Assembly (NCBI RefSeq): GCF_963921235.1
Contig: NC_086097.1
Location: 246,638,001 to 246,702,000, forward strand
DNA: 64,000 bases
Source: Mobula hypostoma
Taxonomy: Eukaryota
Direction: 5' to 3'
Part shown: positions 38,451-52,065 of the stretch, one piece after another
Layout: every line of letters starts with the position of its first letter
Numbering within the stretch: the stretch's first letter is position 1
Translations under genes and position numbers: made by a program
Notes under the pieces: generated by a model
What the model saw: only the letters and a program-made list of their open reading frames with translations
Database searches by the model: none
What the model was told of the DNA's origin: nothing

Positions 38451-40117
38451 ATTTATATTTACTGTGAATTTACTGTGTTTCTTTATATTTACTGTGAATG
38501 CTCACAAGTAAATGAATCTCAGGATTATATATGGTGATAAATATCTACTTGGATAATAAACTTACTTTGAACTTGACATAAGCTTCACTTCTAAATCATT
38601 GGCGTAAGCATAAACAGAAGGTTGAAGAACAACAAATTGCAGATGCCTGATTCAAACTAAAGAGAAATGCTGGTGGAAATCACAACTTGCAAAAGTTGGT
38701 TGGAGTAATTGTTTGAGGGAACATTGGCTCAACCATCAGGCTCTTGTACCAGAGAGGATAACTTCACTCAACTCATCATTGAACTGTTCCCACAACCTAT
38801 GGACTCACTTTTAATGACTCTTCATCTCATGTTCAAAGTTCATAGTACATTTTACTGTCAAAGTCTCAACAACGATTGCTTATTTATATATTATTATTAT
38901 TATTCCTTTTTTTCTTTCTTTTTGTATTTGCACAATTTGTTGTCTTTTGCACGCTGGTTGTCTGCCTTGTTGGTGCAGTATTATGGTTTTTGGATTTACT
39001 GAGCATGCCCACAAACTTCATAATACAAGGATGAAGAGAAATTTCTTTAGCCAGAGGATGATGAATCTGTGGAATTCACTGTCACAGACGGGCTGTGGAG
39101 GCCAATTCGTTGGGTATATTTAAAGCAGATGTTGATAGGTTCTTGATTAGTATGGATGTCAAAGGCTATGGGGAGAAGGTAGAATAATGGGATTGAGAGA
39201 TAAATCAGCCATGATCAAATGGCAGAGCAGATTCGATAGGGCAAATTGCCGAATTCTGTCCTTATGTCATATGGCCTTATGGTCTTATGATTGCTGATGC
39301 CCATAGATCTAACTAGACTAAGGAAATGGAGTAGTAAAATCAAGTGCAAAGCTCCCTAACACAACAGGACATAAAAGGAGTCAATCGCCCTTCTCCACAC
39401 CCCAAACCAGGCAATGTGACAAGATTTAATACCAACATCAAAGACAGAGGAAAGCTACAGTCATCAGACATAGTGTAGATCAGAAAAACTGAGGAAGGTG
39501 GTCCTCACCACAGCAATAAACGTTCATGAGCAGGAATGCAGAGGTGAGTTTCAGGGCAGTGAAACCAATGATAAAGCAATAGATAGTACACAGCAAACAC
39601 TACTGTGGAACAAGATCGCCACAGAGCTACTAGATTATATTGAACTGCAATTACCAGACCTGGGAAAATTGTTCACGACCAAAACATTTCATAATTTTGT
39701 GACTGAGTAGATAAATACCAGTCCACAGGCAAAGCGCTCCCCATCGTTGAGCACATCCACAAGGAGCATTGCCACAAGAAAGCAGCATCCATCATCAAGG
39801 ACCCCCATTATCCAGACTAAGCTCTCTATTCACTACTGCCACCAGGTTCAGGAACAATTTACGCTCTAACCACTAAGCTCATGAGCTAGTGTGGATAATT
39901 TCACTCACCTCAACTCTGAACTGATTCCACAAACTACAGACTAACTCTGTAACTCATGTTCTTGGTATTATTTATTTATTTATTATTTTAAGTTTGCATT
40001 TTCTTGCCTTTTGCACATTGATTGTTTGTCAGTCTTTCTGTGGAGTTTTTCAATGATTCTATTGCATTTCTCTGTTTTACTGTAAATGTCTGCAAGACAA
40101 TGAATGTCAGGGTAATA

Positions 40118-40945
40118 CAGTGGATACTGATTAATTGGGACATAGTGAGTCCGGTACATTTTGGCCCAATTAAATGGCTGCTCCAGTTAGCCGAAGTTTC
40201 ACGGAAATAGTTACAAAAAAGACAAACTACTGTTAAACTGAATAACAATTTATGTAATTAAATGATATACAGAACAAATTAGAACGCTACCAATACCTCT
40301 CCAATACTAGAAAACTGTGTATTAGTTCACAATAGTTATCGACAGAGGAGTTCATCTGCCGTGTTCTCTTGCTTGACTGTAAATGAACAAAATCAACGCA
40401 GACACCTAGTGCAGATAATGGACTGCCTTCATACAAAACATCTTCCAAATCTTCATTTTCATTGTAACATTCAAGATGACTGTTGATACTTCTATAAGTC
40501 CTAACTTGTTTAAGTAGTGAATTGTTTCATTTTCACTCCCAGCCATTTCTGGCACCTACAAGTCTAATTGTTTGAAACTACTGTGAGCAAAACAGTTCTG
40601 AATTATCTTGCTGCTTATTTTTCGCCAACTGTCAATAGTCAATAGTTTTCAATAGTTCCATTTAATATCAGAGAATGTATGCAATCACTGCTTTTTGAAC
40701 ACAAACACACATAACCAAAGCTATTTAAAAACTAATTGTTCTAAGCACAATTAGAGTAGAACGACCATGAAAGTGCACACGCGTGGTGTTAGTTAGAAAC
40801 TGTTCGGCAACAGTCTCTTCAACCCAGTCACTTAGCATGGTGTCCCAAATAAACAAAGGGAATCCCGGTTATTTTCCTGATTTAGTTTTTGTACTTTAAG
40901 AGCTGTCCCAAATTAACAGCTACCTCAATTAACCAGAATCTACTG
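40118..40945. mobile_element. Tigger/pogo-like non-autonomous DNA element, about 830 bp, complete
   Basis: TA|cagtggatactgattaattggg ... ctcaattaaccagaatctactg|TA. It interrupts a Rex1-type tail (39700-41000). Confidence 0.88.
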
Positions 40946-41574
40946 TATAATGTGACATATACATACATTTATAATAAATTTAGTTTGAACTTTGAACACT
41001 GTTAAACAGAACACACAAATTGAAATTTAATGCTATTAGCACAGCAGATTGTACCAAGAAGTAGCTTGGGAGAGATAGACATTAATGTTTGTATATTTAT
41101 TTGGGTTTATTGGAGCAGTGGTTAGTTAGAGACTCCACACTAACTGTGAAAGTCAGAACAAATACAGGAGGCTGCAAGAGTTGCAGTGCCATCTAGCGTC
41201 ACTGCATGGTAGTACAGTAATTACTCTGTCAGCTACCAAGGCCAATGAACACTGCCAACATGGGGGAATGACCACATTGCCAAATCTTCTCAGTAGCTCA
41301 AAGATACTGTATAATATATTTCATTATTAATCATTGACTGATGACAGCATTACAAAATCAGTTTCTTATGGAGTCCAGAGGAAGCACAAAACTGCAGAAA
41401 TTCCCCTCAAAGGGCCTACATCATGTTGTATCTAGAGCACGGATTTGTTCCTCATGGTTTTCAAATGCCAGGAAATGACCGCAAAAGCATAAGGTGAGCA
41501 TCAGTACTTTTCAAAAAACAAAATATTGCTGTCGCTGGATATCTGAAATAAAGTGAGAAGAACTGGAAGTCATA

Positions 41575-42630
41575 AACACGAGGGATTCTACAGATGCTGG
41601 AAATCCAAAGTACCACACAAAATGCTGGAATGACTCAGCAGGTCAGGGAGCATCTGCGGAAAGGAATGAAGAGTTGACATTTCAGGTCTTGGCATAGGTG
41701 CTGCTGGAACTGCTGAGTTACTCCAGTATTTTGAGAGGAATACTGGAAATCGCAAGTTAGCCATTATCCACATAGAGAGAAACAAAGCTAAAATTTCATC
41801 TCAATGACATTTCATCAGAATTGGAACTAACTGAAGATTTTAAGACTTAAGGGGGAAGGGAAGAGGAGATCAGAATGCAGGTCTCATGAAACTGTGAAAG
41901 GCAGAAGAAATTAAAAACAAAGGTGATGGATGCATAGTGAAGGTGATGGGAGATTTACCATGATCCTGCCTGGATTAGAGAGCAAAATGGTGGAGAAACT
42001 CAGCAGGTTAGGCAGTATCTACAGAGAGGCATGCAGACCGGTGGTGCAGTCAGACTTCAAGGTGAGTGGTCTTGTGTTCAAATCCAGCTGGCTCCTTGCA
42101 CACTTTCCATGTGTGCTGGGTTGAGCATCAAGCTAACAACTCAGCCTGGTAAAAAAAACAAATGCTAAAGAAATGGCACGGTTGCTGCCCAATGTGCCAC
42201 AAGGCGTGGAGAGGAATAACAACAGAGGGGAATAAACAGTTGGAGATTTGGGCTGAGACCTTTCATCAAGACCAGGCAGGAAAGGAGAAGAAACAAGAAT
42301 AAGAAGGTTGGAGAAGGAAACAGGAGTGGATTAGAGAGCATAACTTATGAGGAAAGATTGAGTGAGCTAGGGCCTTTCTTTTTGGAGAGAAGGAGGTGGC
42401 GAGGAGACTTGACAGAGTTGTACAAGATGATAAGAGGGACAGATCGAGTGGATAGCCAGATATATTTTCCCAGGGCAGTAATTGCTAATGTGAGGGAGCA
42501 TAATTTCAAGCTAATTGCAAGAGGAGGGTGCATGGAATGCCCTGCTAGCGGTGGTGATAAAAGCAGATAATTAAGGACATTCAAGAGACTCTTGGATAGG
42601 CGCATGGATGGTGATGTGCAAGGGAAGGGT
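41575..42630. mobile_element. Cluster of Penelope terminal fragments, a tRNA-derived SINE (about 42030-42222) and a CR1 3' fragment
   Basis: cagatgctggaaatcc..aaaatgctgg Penelope ends; B-box-like gtgttcaaatcc; RRRWRGDLTELYK. Confidence 0.65.
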
Positions 42631-42929
42631 TAGATCAGTGGTTCCCAAAGCGAGCAATATCACCCTTTAAGAGCTGTGGAAGTTTCTAAGGGGACGCTTG
42701 GCAGCAGGAAAACCAGCAGAGTGATTACAGGCTGAAATTTAGTAATTAATTACTTATTATTAGCATTTTATCTTCAGTGCTTCATAATTGATTTCAATGA
42801 TCACGTAATTATCTCATCTCTTGCTAACCCACCATTCTCTTAGACTTTGCTCAAAGTGCATTATAGTTGTTGAAAAGCAATGTGACAATTCTATATTTGG
42901 CATTTCATGAGAAATCTGGACTGAAGAAA

Positions 42930-45900
42930 TCATAAGAACATAAGAAATAGGAGCAGGAGTAGGCCATCTGGCCTGTCGAGCCTGCTCCGGCATTCAATAA
43001 GATCATGGCTGATCTAGCCATGGACTCATCTCCACCTACCTGCCTTTTCCCCATAACCCTTAATTCCTCTACTAGGCAAAAATCTATCCAATCTTGTCTT
43101 AAATATATTTACTGAGGTAGCCTCCACTGCTTCATTGGGCAGAGAATTCCACAGATTCATCACTCTCTGGGAAAAGCAGTTCCTCCTCATCTCCGTCCTA
43201 AATATTCTCCCCCGAATCTTGAGGTTATGTCCCCTAGTTTTAGTTTTACCTATCAGTGGAAATGACTTTCTGGTCTCTATCTTATCTATCCCTTTCATAA
43301 TTTTATGTGTTTCTATAAGATCTTCTCTCATTCTTCTGAATTCCAGGCGACTCAATCTCTCCTCATCTCTGGAGTCAACCTGGTGAAGCTCCTCTGTACC
43401 GCCTCCAAAGCCAGTATATCCTTCCTCAGGTAAGGAGACCAGAACTGCATGCAGTACTCAAGGTGTGGCCTCAGCAATGCCCCTGTACAGTTGCAGCATA
43501 ACCTCCCTGCTCTTCAATTCAATCCCTCTAGCAATGAAGGCCAACATCCCATTCGCCTTCTTGATCACCTGCTGCACCTGTAAACCAACCTTTTGTGATT
43601 CATGCACAAGCATGCCCAGGTTCCTCTGCACAGCAGCATACTGAATTTTTTTTTTACCATCTAAATAATAATCTGATCTTCCATTTTCCTTCCAAAGTGC
43701 ATTTACTTAACCTATCTATACCTCTCCTCAGACTCTCCGTATCTTCTGCACAATTTGCTTTTCCACTCAATTTGGTATCATCAGCAAATTAGATACACTA
43801 TATTCGGTCCCCTCTTTCAGATCGTTAATGTATACCGTGAACAGTTGCGGGCCCAGTACTGACCCCTGCAGCACACCGCTAACCACCGATTGTCAACCAG
43901 AGTAACACCCATGTATCCCAACTCTCTGCTTTCTATTAGTTAACCAATCATTTATCCGTGCTAATACATCACCCCAACTCTATGCATCCTTATCTTATGG
44001 ACAAGTCTTTTATGTGGCACCTTATCAAATGCCTTCTGGAAATCCAAGTAAATAACATCCATCTATTCCCCTCTATCCACTGCGCTTGTTATATCCTCAA
44101 ATAACTCCAGTAAGTTTGTCAAACAGGATCTGCCTTTGCTGAATCCATGCTGCATCTGCATGATGGATCCATTTCTTTCCAGACGCTTCGCTATTTGTTC
44201 GTTAATGATAGCATCAAGCATTTTCCCAACTACAGATGTTAAACTAATTGGCCTATAGTTACTTGTCTTTTGCCTACATCCTTTTTTTGAACAGTGGCGT
44301 GTCATCTGCCATCTTCCAATCCGCTGGAACCTGCCCAGAGTCCAGAGAACTTTGGTAAATTATCACCAAAACCTCTACTATAATTTCTGCAATTTCTTTC
44401 AGTACCCTGGGATGCATTTTATCAGGACCAGGGGATTTATCTGTCTCCAGGCCCACAAGTTTGCTCAGCACTACCTCTTTAGTAATAGCTATTGTATCGA
44501 GGTCCTCACCTCCCATTGCATCCATAACATCTCTCTTTGGCATGTTGGATGTGCTTTCCACCGTGAAGACCAACACAAAATAGTCATTCAAAGCCTCTGC
44601 CATTTCCTCATTACCCAATATCAATTCCCCCTTCTTGTCCTCCAAGGGACCTACATTCATTTTAGCCACCCTTTTCCACTTTATATAATTGACCCACCCA
44701 GCCAACACACTTTTCGTCCCTCTTCCCTCCGGGAGAAGGCTCAGGAGCTTGAAGACTCGTACGGCCAGATTTGGGAACAGCTTCTTTCCAACTGTGATAA
44801 GACTGCTGAACGCATCCTGACCCGGATCTGGGCTGTACCCTCCAAATATCCGGACCTACCTCTCAGTTTTTTTGCACTACCTTACTTTCCATTTTTCTAT
44901 TTTTTATTTATGATTTATAATTTAATTGTTTAATGTTTACTAATTTTACTATTTTTAATATTAAATATTTGTAATCCAGGGAGTGGGAAGCGCAGAATCA
45001 AATATCACTGTGATGATTGTACGTTCTAGTATCAATTGTTTGGCGACAATAAAGTATAAAGTATAAAAACTTTTTGCTATCCACTTTTATATTTTTTTCC
45101 TAGTTACTTTCATAATCTACCTTCCCTTTCTTTATTGCTTTTTAAAGTTTTCCCAATCTTCACTATGCTTGGTGACTTTGTATGCACCAGCTTTTAGTTT
45201 GATGCCTTATTTTATTTCCTTAGTTATCCAAGGCTGGCTATCCCCACCCTTACTGTCCTTGCTTTTAACTGGAATATATTTTTGTTGAGCACCGTGAAAA
45301 ATCTCTTTGAAAGTCTTCCACTGTTCCTCAACTGTCCCACCATATACCCTGTGTTCCTAGTCTACACTAGCCAAACCCTCCATCATCCCATTGTAGTCTC
45401 CATTGTTTAGGCAAAATACACTGGTTTTAGATTGAACTACTGCACCCTCCATCTGTATGAGAAACTCATTCATACTGTGATCACTCTTTCCAGGAGAATC
45501 TCTAACTACAAAATCACTAATTTTACCTGTCTCATTGCACAGGACCAGATCTAAGATAGCATGTTCCCTTGTAGGTTCAGTAACATGCTGTTCAAGAAAG
45601 CCATCGTGGATGCAGTCTATAAAGTCCTTCTTAAGACTGCCTCGACCAACTTGATTCACCCAATCTATGTGCATGTGAAAATCCCCCATGATAACTGCTG
45701 TTTCATTCTTACATGCCTCAGATATTTCTCTGTTTATTGCCTGTGCCACTGTAAAGTTATTATTCGGTGGTTGATAGACAACTCCCGCCAGTGAGTTTTT
45801 TCCCTTTACTATTCTTAATCTCTACCCCGATGGATTCACCATTCTGCTCCTTAGATCTTGTATCGTCTCTATCACCCTGATCTCATCTTTATTTAAGAGC

Positions 45901-46695
45901 GCCACCCCACCTCCCTTACCTTCCTGCCTATCCTTCCGTATTACCTGATATCCTTGGATATTTAATTCCCAATCCTCTCCACCCTGCAGCCACGTTTCTG
46001 TAATGGCCACTAAATCATATCTCTTTGTACTGATTTGTGCCACAAGTTCACTGACCTTGTTTCGAATACTACGGGGATTCAAATAAAGTGCCCTTACACA
46101 CATTGTGCTTTTACTATCTTGTAATCTTTTTCTCTTTTGCACTTGACTTTTCTTCACTCCACTCTTACTTTCCTCTTTTTTATCTTTTGCTTTTTATCTT
46201 TATCCACACTTTTCTTTTTTACTTTATTCATACTTCTCCAATCTGTTGAACCCCCCCCCCCCACTATTTAGCTTAAAGCCATATCCACAGCCCTAGTTAT
46301 GCGATTCGCTAGGATCCACGTCCTATCACAGTTCAGGTGGAGCCCGTCCCATTGTATAGTTCCCTACTTCCCCAATACTGGTGCCAATTTCCCATGAATT
46401 CAAACCCACTTCTCCCACACCAATCCTTGAGCCACGCATTTAACCCTCTAATCTTCTTGACCCTATGCCAATTTGCACATGGCTCAGGCAGTAATCCAGA
46501 AATTACCACCTTTTTGGTTCTGCTTTTTAATTTAGTCCCTAGCTTCAAAGTTCCCTCAGCAGAACCTCGTTCCTCATTCTACCTAAGTTATTGGTACCCA
46601 CATGGACCACGGTAACTCCCACTGCAAAATCCTCTGCAGGTTAGGTAATATGTCCCGAACCCGGGCACCAGGCAGGCAACACAGCCCTTGGAACC
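42930..46695 (-). mobile_element. Near full-length decayed CR1: ORF1 SGNH/GDSL esterase remnant, APE and RT
   Basis: KVVISGLLP..LNAWLKDWC..GFEFMGNW (esterase); LYLNPRSIRNK..DLVAITETWL (APE); NYRPISLTSVVGK and QHGFSKGRSCLTNL (RT). Confidence 0.93.
44690..45066 (+). mobile_element. Rex1/Babar 3' end inserted in CR1
   Basis: DPPSQH.F..LPSGRRLRSLKTRTARFGNSFFP, AATAAA and (AAAGTAT)n tail. Confidence 0.8.
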
Positions 46696-46889
46696 ATGTC
46701 TAGTCAGAAGCTGCCAATATCTGTTTTCCTGTTCCATTTTCTTCCTTTGTAGTGTTAACGTTCATTTAATTTTGATTCACAGTTCCTCAATGCATTGATA
46801 TTTTTAGTCATAATTTAGGTGCATCCCTCTCCAAAATGTGTTACATTGGTACTAAAAACCATTTTCATGGTGTCAACAATACTAGAGAG

Positions 46890-47475
46890 GAGAGGACTAG
46901 AATATAAATGCGAAGGTGTAATGCTGAGGCTTTATAAGGCATTGGTCAGATTGCATATGGAACATTGTGGGCAGTTTTGGGCCCCTTATCTCACAGAGGA
47001 TGTGCTGGCATTGGAAAGAGTCCAGGAGAATGATCCAGGAATTAAAGGATTAACATATGAGGAGTGTTTGATGGCTCTGAGCATGTACACACTGGTTTAT
47101 AAGAATGGGGGGGGGGGGATCTCACTGAAACCTGCTACATATTAAAAAGCCTAGATAGAGTGGATGAGGAGAAGATGTTTCTTCCAGTGGAGGAGTCTAG
47201 GACCAGAAGGCACAGCCTCAGAATACAGGTATGTCCCTTTAGAACAGAGATGAGAAGGAATTTCTTCAGCTAAAGGGTGGTGACTAGGCGGCTATAGGGC
47301 CAAGTCATTGAGTATATTTAAAGCAGAGGTGGGTAGGTTCTTGATTGGACAGGGTGTCAAAGGTTTACGGGGAGGAGAATAGGATTGAGAGGATAATAGA
47401 TCAGCCATGATGGAATGGCAGAGCAGACTCGATGGGCCAACCAGCCTAATCCTGTTCCTTTATGTTATGGTTTTA
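46890..47475 (+). mobile_element. CR1 3' fragment
   Basis: [18 protein letters not shown] motif. Confidence 0.88.
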
Positions 47476-48269
47476 TACCAGATTCATAAAATATAAACAA
47501 TAACCAAAGAAGTAATGGTGTGCACATGAATACAAAGCTCTTGCAAATGTTTCCATTTACTTTGCAATGCATACAAAAGTGTACATGTATAACTGCATAA
47601 GTATGAGAACCGAAAGCCTATTTTCCACTTTGGTATGCGTTACTCATACTTATCTGTCAGCCATGCAATCATTTGCATCTGGATTTCCATACAGCAATAG
47701 GCCAAACGACTGGAAAACAACCAGAACATGATGCTGAAATCATTTGTGGCAGGGTGGGAACAGGAGAAATACTTTTTAAAAAAACGTTCAGAAGGTTCTT
47801 AGAATAAGAAATGTAAGATGACACACGGCCTGCAGATAATTAGCACTATTTAGTTTCCAACTCAATACAACTTGTTCTTGGCCTATAGTTTTCACAGCAA
47901 TGCTGCTTTTGAAAAACATGCAAGCAACAATGGTACTGTAATGCTAAATCAATATTTTTAAAGATTAGCAGTATTGTCTCAAGTGCATCAAAAACATAAA
48001 GTGAAACTAGTCAAATCAAATCAGTGGGGATTGTGCTGGGCTCTTTACCCACTTCTGGCACCGGCATAGCATGACCACAACCTAGTAACCCTAACCATTA
48101 GATATAGGTGCAGAGTTAGGCCATTTGGCCCATCAAGTCTACTCCACAACCAGGACACCTTCGGACTGTGGGAGGAAACTGGAGCACCTGGAGGAAACCC
48201 ATGCAGTCATGTGGAGAATGTACAATCTCTTTGCAGACAGTGGCGGAGACTGAAACATGATCAGTGATT

Positions 48270-50460
48270 TTTAGGGAACAGTGATCACAATATGACCGAG
48301 TTCACTTTGAAACTTGAGAAGGAGAAACTAAAATCCAATGTGTTGGTATTTCAGTGGAATAAAGGAAATTACAACAGCATGAGAGGGAAACTAGCCAAAG
48401 TTGACTGGAAAGGAACACTAGCAGGAAGGACAGCAGAGCAGCAATGGCTGGAGCTTCTGCGAAAAAATGAGGGAACTGCAAGACAGATATATTCCAATAA
48501 GAAGAAATTTTCAAATGGAAGAAGGACACTACTGTGGCTGACAAATGAAGTCAGATCCTAAGTAAAAGCAAAAGAGAGGGCATACAAGGAAGCCAAAGCC
48601 AGTGGGAAGATAGAGGATTGGGAAGCTTTTAAAAACTTGCAGAAGGAAACTAAGAGGGTCATTAGAAAGGAAAAGATGAATTATGAAAGGAGCTTGGCAA
48701 CTAATATTAAAGAAGATACTGAAAGCTTTTTTAAGTACTGTATATAAAGTGTAAAAGAGAGACGAGGGTAGATATGGGGCTAATAGAAAATGATGCTGGA
48801 GATATTGTAATGAGAGACGCAGAGATGGCAGAGGAATTGAATGCATATTTTGCATCAGTCTTCACAGTGGAAGACATCTGCAGTATACCAGACATTAAAG
48901 AGTATCAGGGAAGTGAAGTATGTGTGCAGTGAAAATTACGACTGAGAAGGTGCTCGAGAAGCTTAATGGTCTGAGGGTGGATAAATTAACTGGACCTGAT
49001 GGAACGCACCCTCGGGTTCTGAAGGAAGTAGCTGGAGAGATTGTGGAGGCATTAACAATGATCTTTCAAGAATCAATAAATTCTGGCATTGTACTGGATG
49101 ACAGGAAAATTGCAAATGTTACTCCGCTATTTAAGAATGATGGGAGGCAGCAGAAAGGAAACTCTTGACCTGTTAGCCTGACATCAGTGGTTGGGAAGTT
49201 GTTGGAATCGATTGTTAGGGATGCGATTACGGAATACCTGGAGGCACCTGACAAGATAGGCCAAAGCCAGCATGGGTTCCTGAAAGGAAAATCCTGCCTG
49301 GCTAACCTACTATAGTTTTTTGAGGAAATTAGAAGCAGAGTAGACAAAGGAGATGCAGCAGATATGGTGTACTTGGATTTTCAGAAGGCCTTTGTCAAGG
49401 TGTCACACATGAGGCTGCTTAGCAAGGTAAGAGCCCATGGAATTACAGGGAAGTTACTGTATTGCATTGGCTGATTGGCATAAAACAGAAAGTGGGAATA
49501 AAGGGATCCTATTCTGGCTGGCTGCTATTACCAGTGGAATTCCACAGGGGTTGGTGTTGGGGCCGCTGCTTCTTACGATGTATGTCAATGATTTGGACTA
49601 TGGGATTAATGGATTTGTGGCTAAATTTGCCAATGATACAAAGATAGGTGGAGGAGCGGGTGGTGTGGAGGAAACAGAGAGCCCGCGGAGAGACTTAGAT
49701 AGTTTAGGAGAATGGAAAAGAAGTGGCAATGAAATACAATGTTGGAAAGTGTATGGCCATGCACTATGGTGGAAGGAATAAACGGGCGGACTATTATTTA
49801 GATGGCGAGAGAAATCAAAATGCAGGGATGCAAAGGGACTTGGGAGTCCTTGTGCAAGATACCCTAAAGGTTAACCTCCAGGTTGAAGTCAGTTGTGAAG
49901 AAGGTGAATGCAATGTTGGCATTCATTTCTAGAGGTATAAAATATAAGAGCAGGGATGTGATGCTGAGGCTCTACAAGGCACTCGTAAGGCCATACTTGG
50001 AGTATTGTGTGCAGTTTTGAGCTCCTTATTTTAGAAAGGATATACTGACATTGGAGAGGGTACAGAGAGGATTCACGGGAATGATTCCGGGAATGAGAGG
50101 GTTACCGTATGAGGAACATCTGGCAGGTCTTGGGCTGTATTCCCTGGAGTTCAGGAGAATGAGGGGGGATCTCATAGAAACATTCCGAATGTTAAAAGGC
50201 CTGAACAGATTAGATATGGCAAAGTTATTTCCCATGGGAGGGGATTCTAGGACAAGAGGACGTGACTTCAGGATTGAAGGACATCCTTTTAGAACTGAGA
50301 TACGGAGAAATTACTTTAGTTAGAGGGTGGTAAATCTGTGGAATTTGTTGCCACGAGAGGCTGTGAAGGCCAAGTCACTGGGTGTATTTAAGGCAGAGAT
50401 AGATAAGTTCTCGATTAGCCATGGCATCAAAGGAGAAGGCAGGGGAGTGGGGATAAGGTC
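48270..50460 (+). mobile_element. CR1 LINE, about 2.2 kb decayed ORF2
   Basis: KIANVTPLFK, GIPQGLVLGPLL, AKFANDTK and RRMRGDLIETF motifs. Confidence 0.93.
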
Positions 50461-51756
50461 TTACGATTGCTTGCATTCTGAAGTGATGTGCTTAACTGGT
50501 AAACTCATGCACCAACCTGATACTTAAGCCTATTATTTTAACCCCATTTCCACCATTGCCTGTAAGGAGCTTATACATCCTCTCCGTGACTGCTTAGGTT
50601 TATTCCGAATGCTCCAATTTCCTCCAAAAGTCCAAAAACATACTGGTTAGTAGGTTAATTGGTCATTATAAATTCTCCTGTGATAGTTAGTTAGTTACTG
50701 CCTGTTATGTTGCTGGCGCTTAGGGTGGCAATGAAGGTCCTCCATCTCGGTCTCTCCTTGGCATCCTCTCCATTGTGCCCCAGATGTGGTTCAGGGCCCT
50801 TATTTCTACCTCTCTGGTACGGCAACAAGTTGTCTTTGGTCTCCCACATTTCCCCTGTCCTTCAGGGGTCGAATGAAGTGCCGTCTTGATGACGGAGTTA
50901 GCCTCTCTTCTCAACAGGTGCCCAATCCATCCCCAACAATTCCTCATGATGACTGTGGCCATGTCCTCTTGGTGACACTGAAGGAGCAGGGTGTGGTTGG
51001 AGATCTTTTTTAGCCAGAAAATATGTTGGATCTTCTGGAGGCTCATGGTGAGGAATGACGACAGCTTAGCAAGATTGCGCTGTGTCATGCGCCAGCATTC
51101 TGACCCATACAAGAGTGTGGACAGAACACAGCTCTGTTACAGCTTCACCTTGGTGTGAACAAGGTTGATCCCCACATGTTGCTCATTGACCTGAAGATGT
51201 TTCTAGCTTTGCTGAGTTTACCCTGAATGTTGTCCTTGGTCCCACCATCCTGCCAAATGGTGCTGCCCAGGTAGGTGAACCTGCCGGTGCTGGGTAAGTC
51301 TGCGCCGTATGGCTTGACAGGAGGAAGAGACTCTACATTGAGGGTCATGGTCTCAGTCTTTCTCCAGCTGACTCTGAGTCCAACCTGTCCACCAAAGATA
51401 CACCGGCACTGAGTTTTCTCTTGCGTGTGCTGGTGTGTGATGGTAATGCATTGTCATCCGCAAAGTCAAGGTCTTCCAAGGTAGAGAATAGAGTCCACCT
51501 AATGCCTCTCTGCTTATCTTTTGTTATTTGTCTCACAACCCAATCACCAGGTTAAATAATATCACCGGCATCACACAGCCTTGCCTGGCTCCTGTCTTGA
51601 TTTCAAAGCTCAAATTCCTGTCCCCAGCTGTGTAGGTGAAGTTAGCATAGGATAAGCTGGATAAATTTGGAAGGGATCCCGAATGATCTGAGAATGCAGC
51701 AGAGGCTCTCCTTGTGGATGCTTTTCAAGTCCATAAAATTCACATAAAGTCATCTC

Positions 51757-52065
51757 TGTGCACTGTTCTATGACGTTACATGGTCTGAAGATCTACGTCT
51801 CCGTGCAGTGTTCTACGCAGTTACACCGTCTGAAGATCTGCGTCTCCGCGCACCGTTCTACGCGGTTACACCGTCTGAAGATCTGCGCCTCCACGCACCG
51901 TTCTACGTGGTTACACCGTCTGAAGATCTGCGCCTCCGCGTACCGTTCTACGCGGTTACACCGTCTGAAGATCTGCGCCTCCGCGCACCGTTCTACGCGG
52001 TTACACCGTCTGAAGATCTGCGCCTCCGCGCACCGTTCTACGATGTTACAGGGTGTGAAGATCTG
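51757..52065. repeat. 45-bp minisatellite, about 7 units, inside the RTE RT domain
   Basis: gaagatct recurs at 51787, 51832, 51877, 51922, 51967, 52012 and 52057. Confidence 0.95.

Noticed and set aside
47860..47905. SIAVK on the minus strand as the preceding SUGCT exon
   Set aside because: The downstream residues do not match, and the acceptor phase does not fit.
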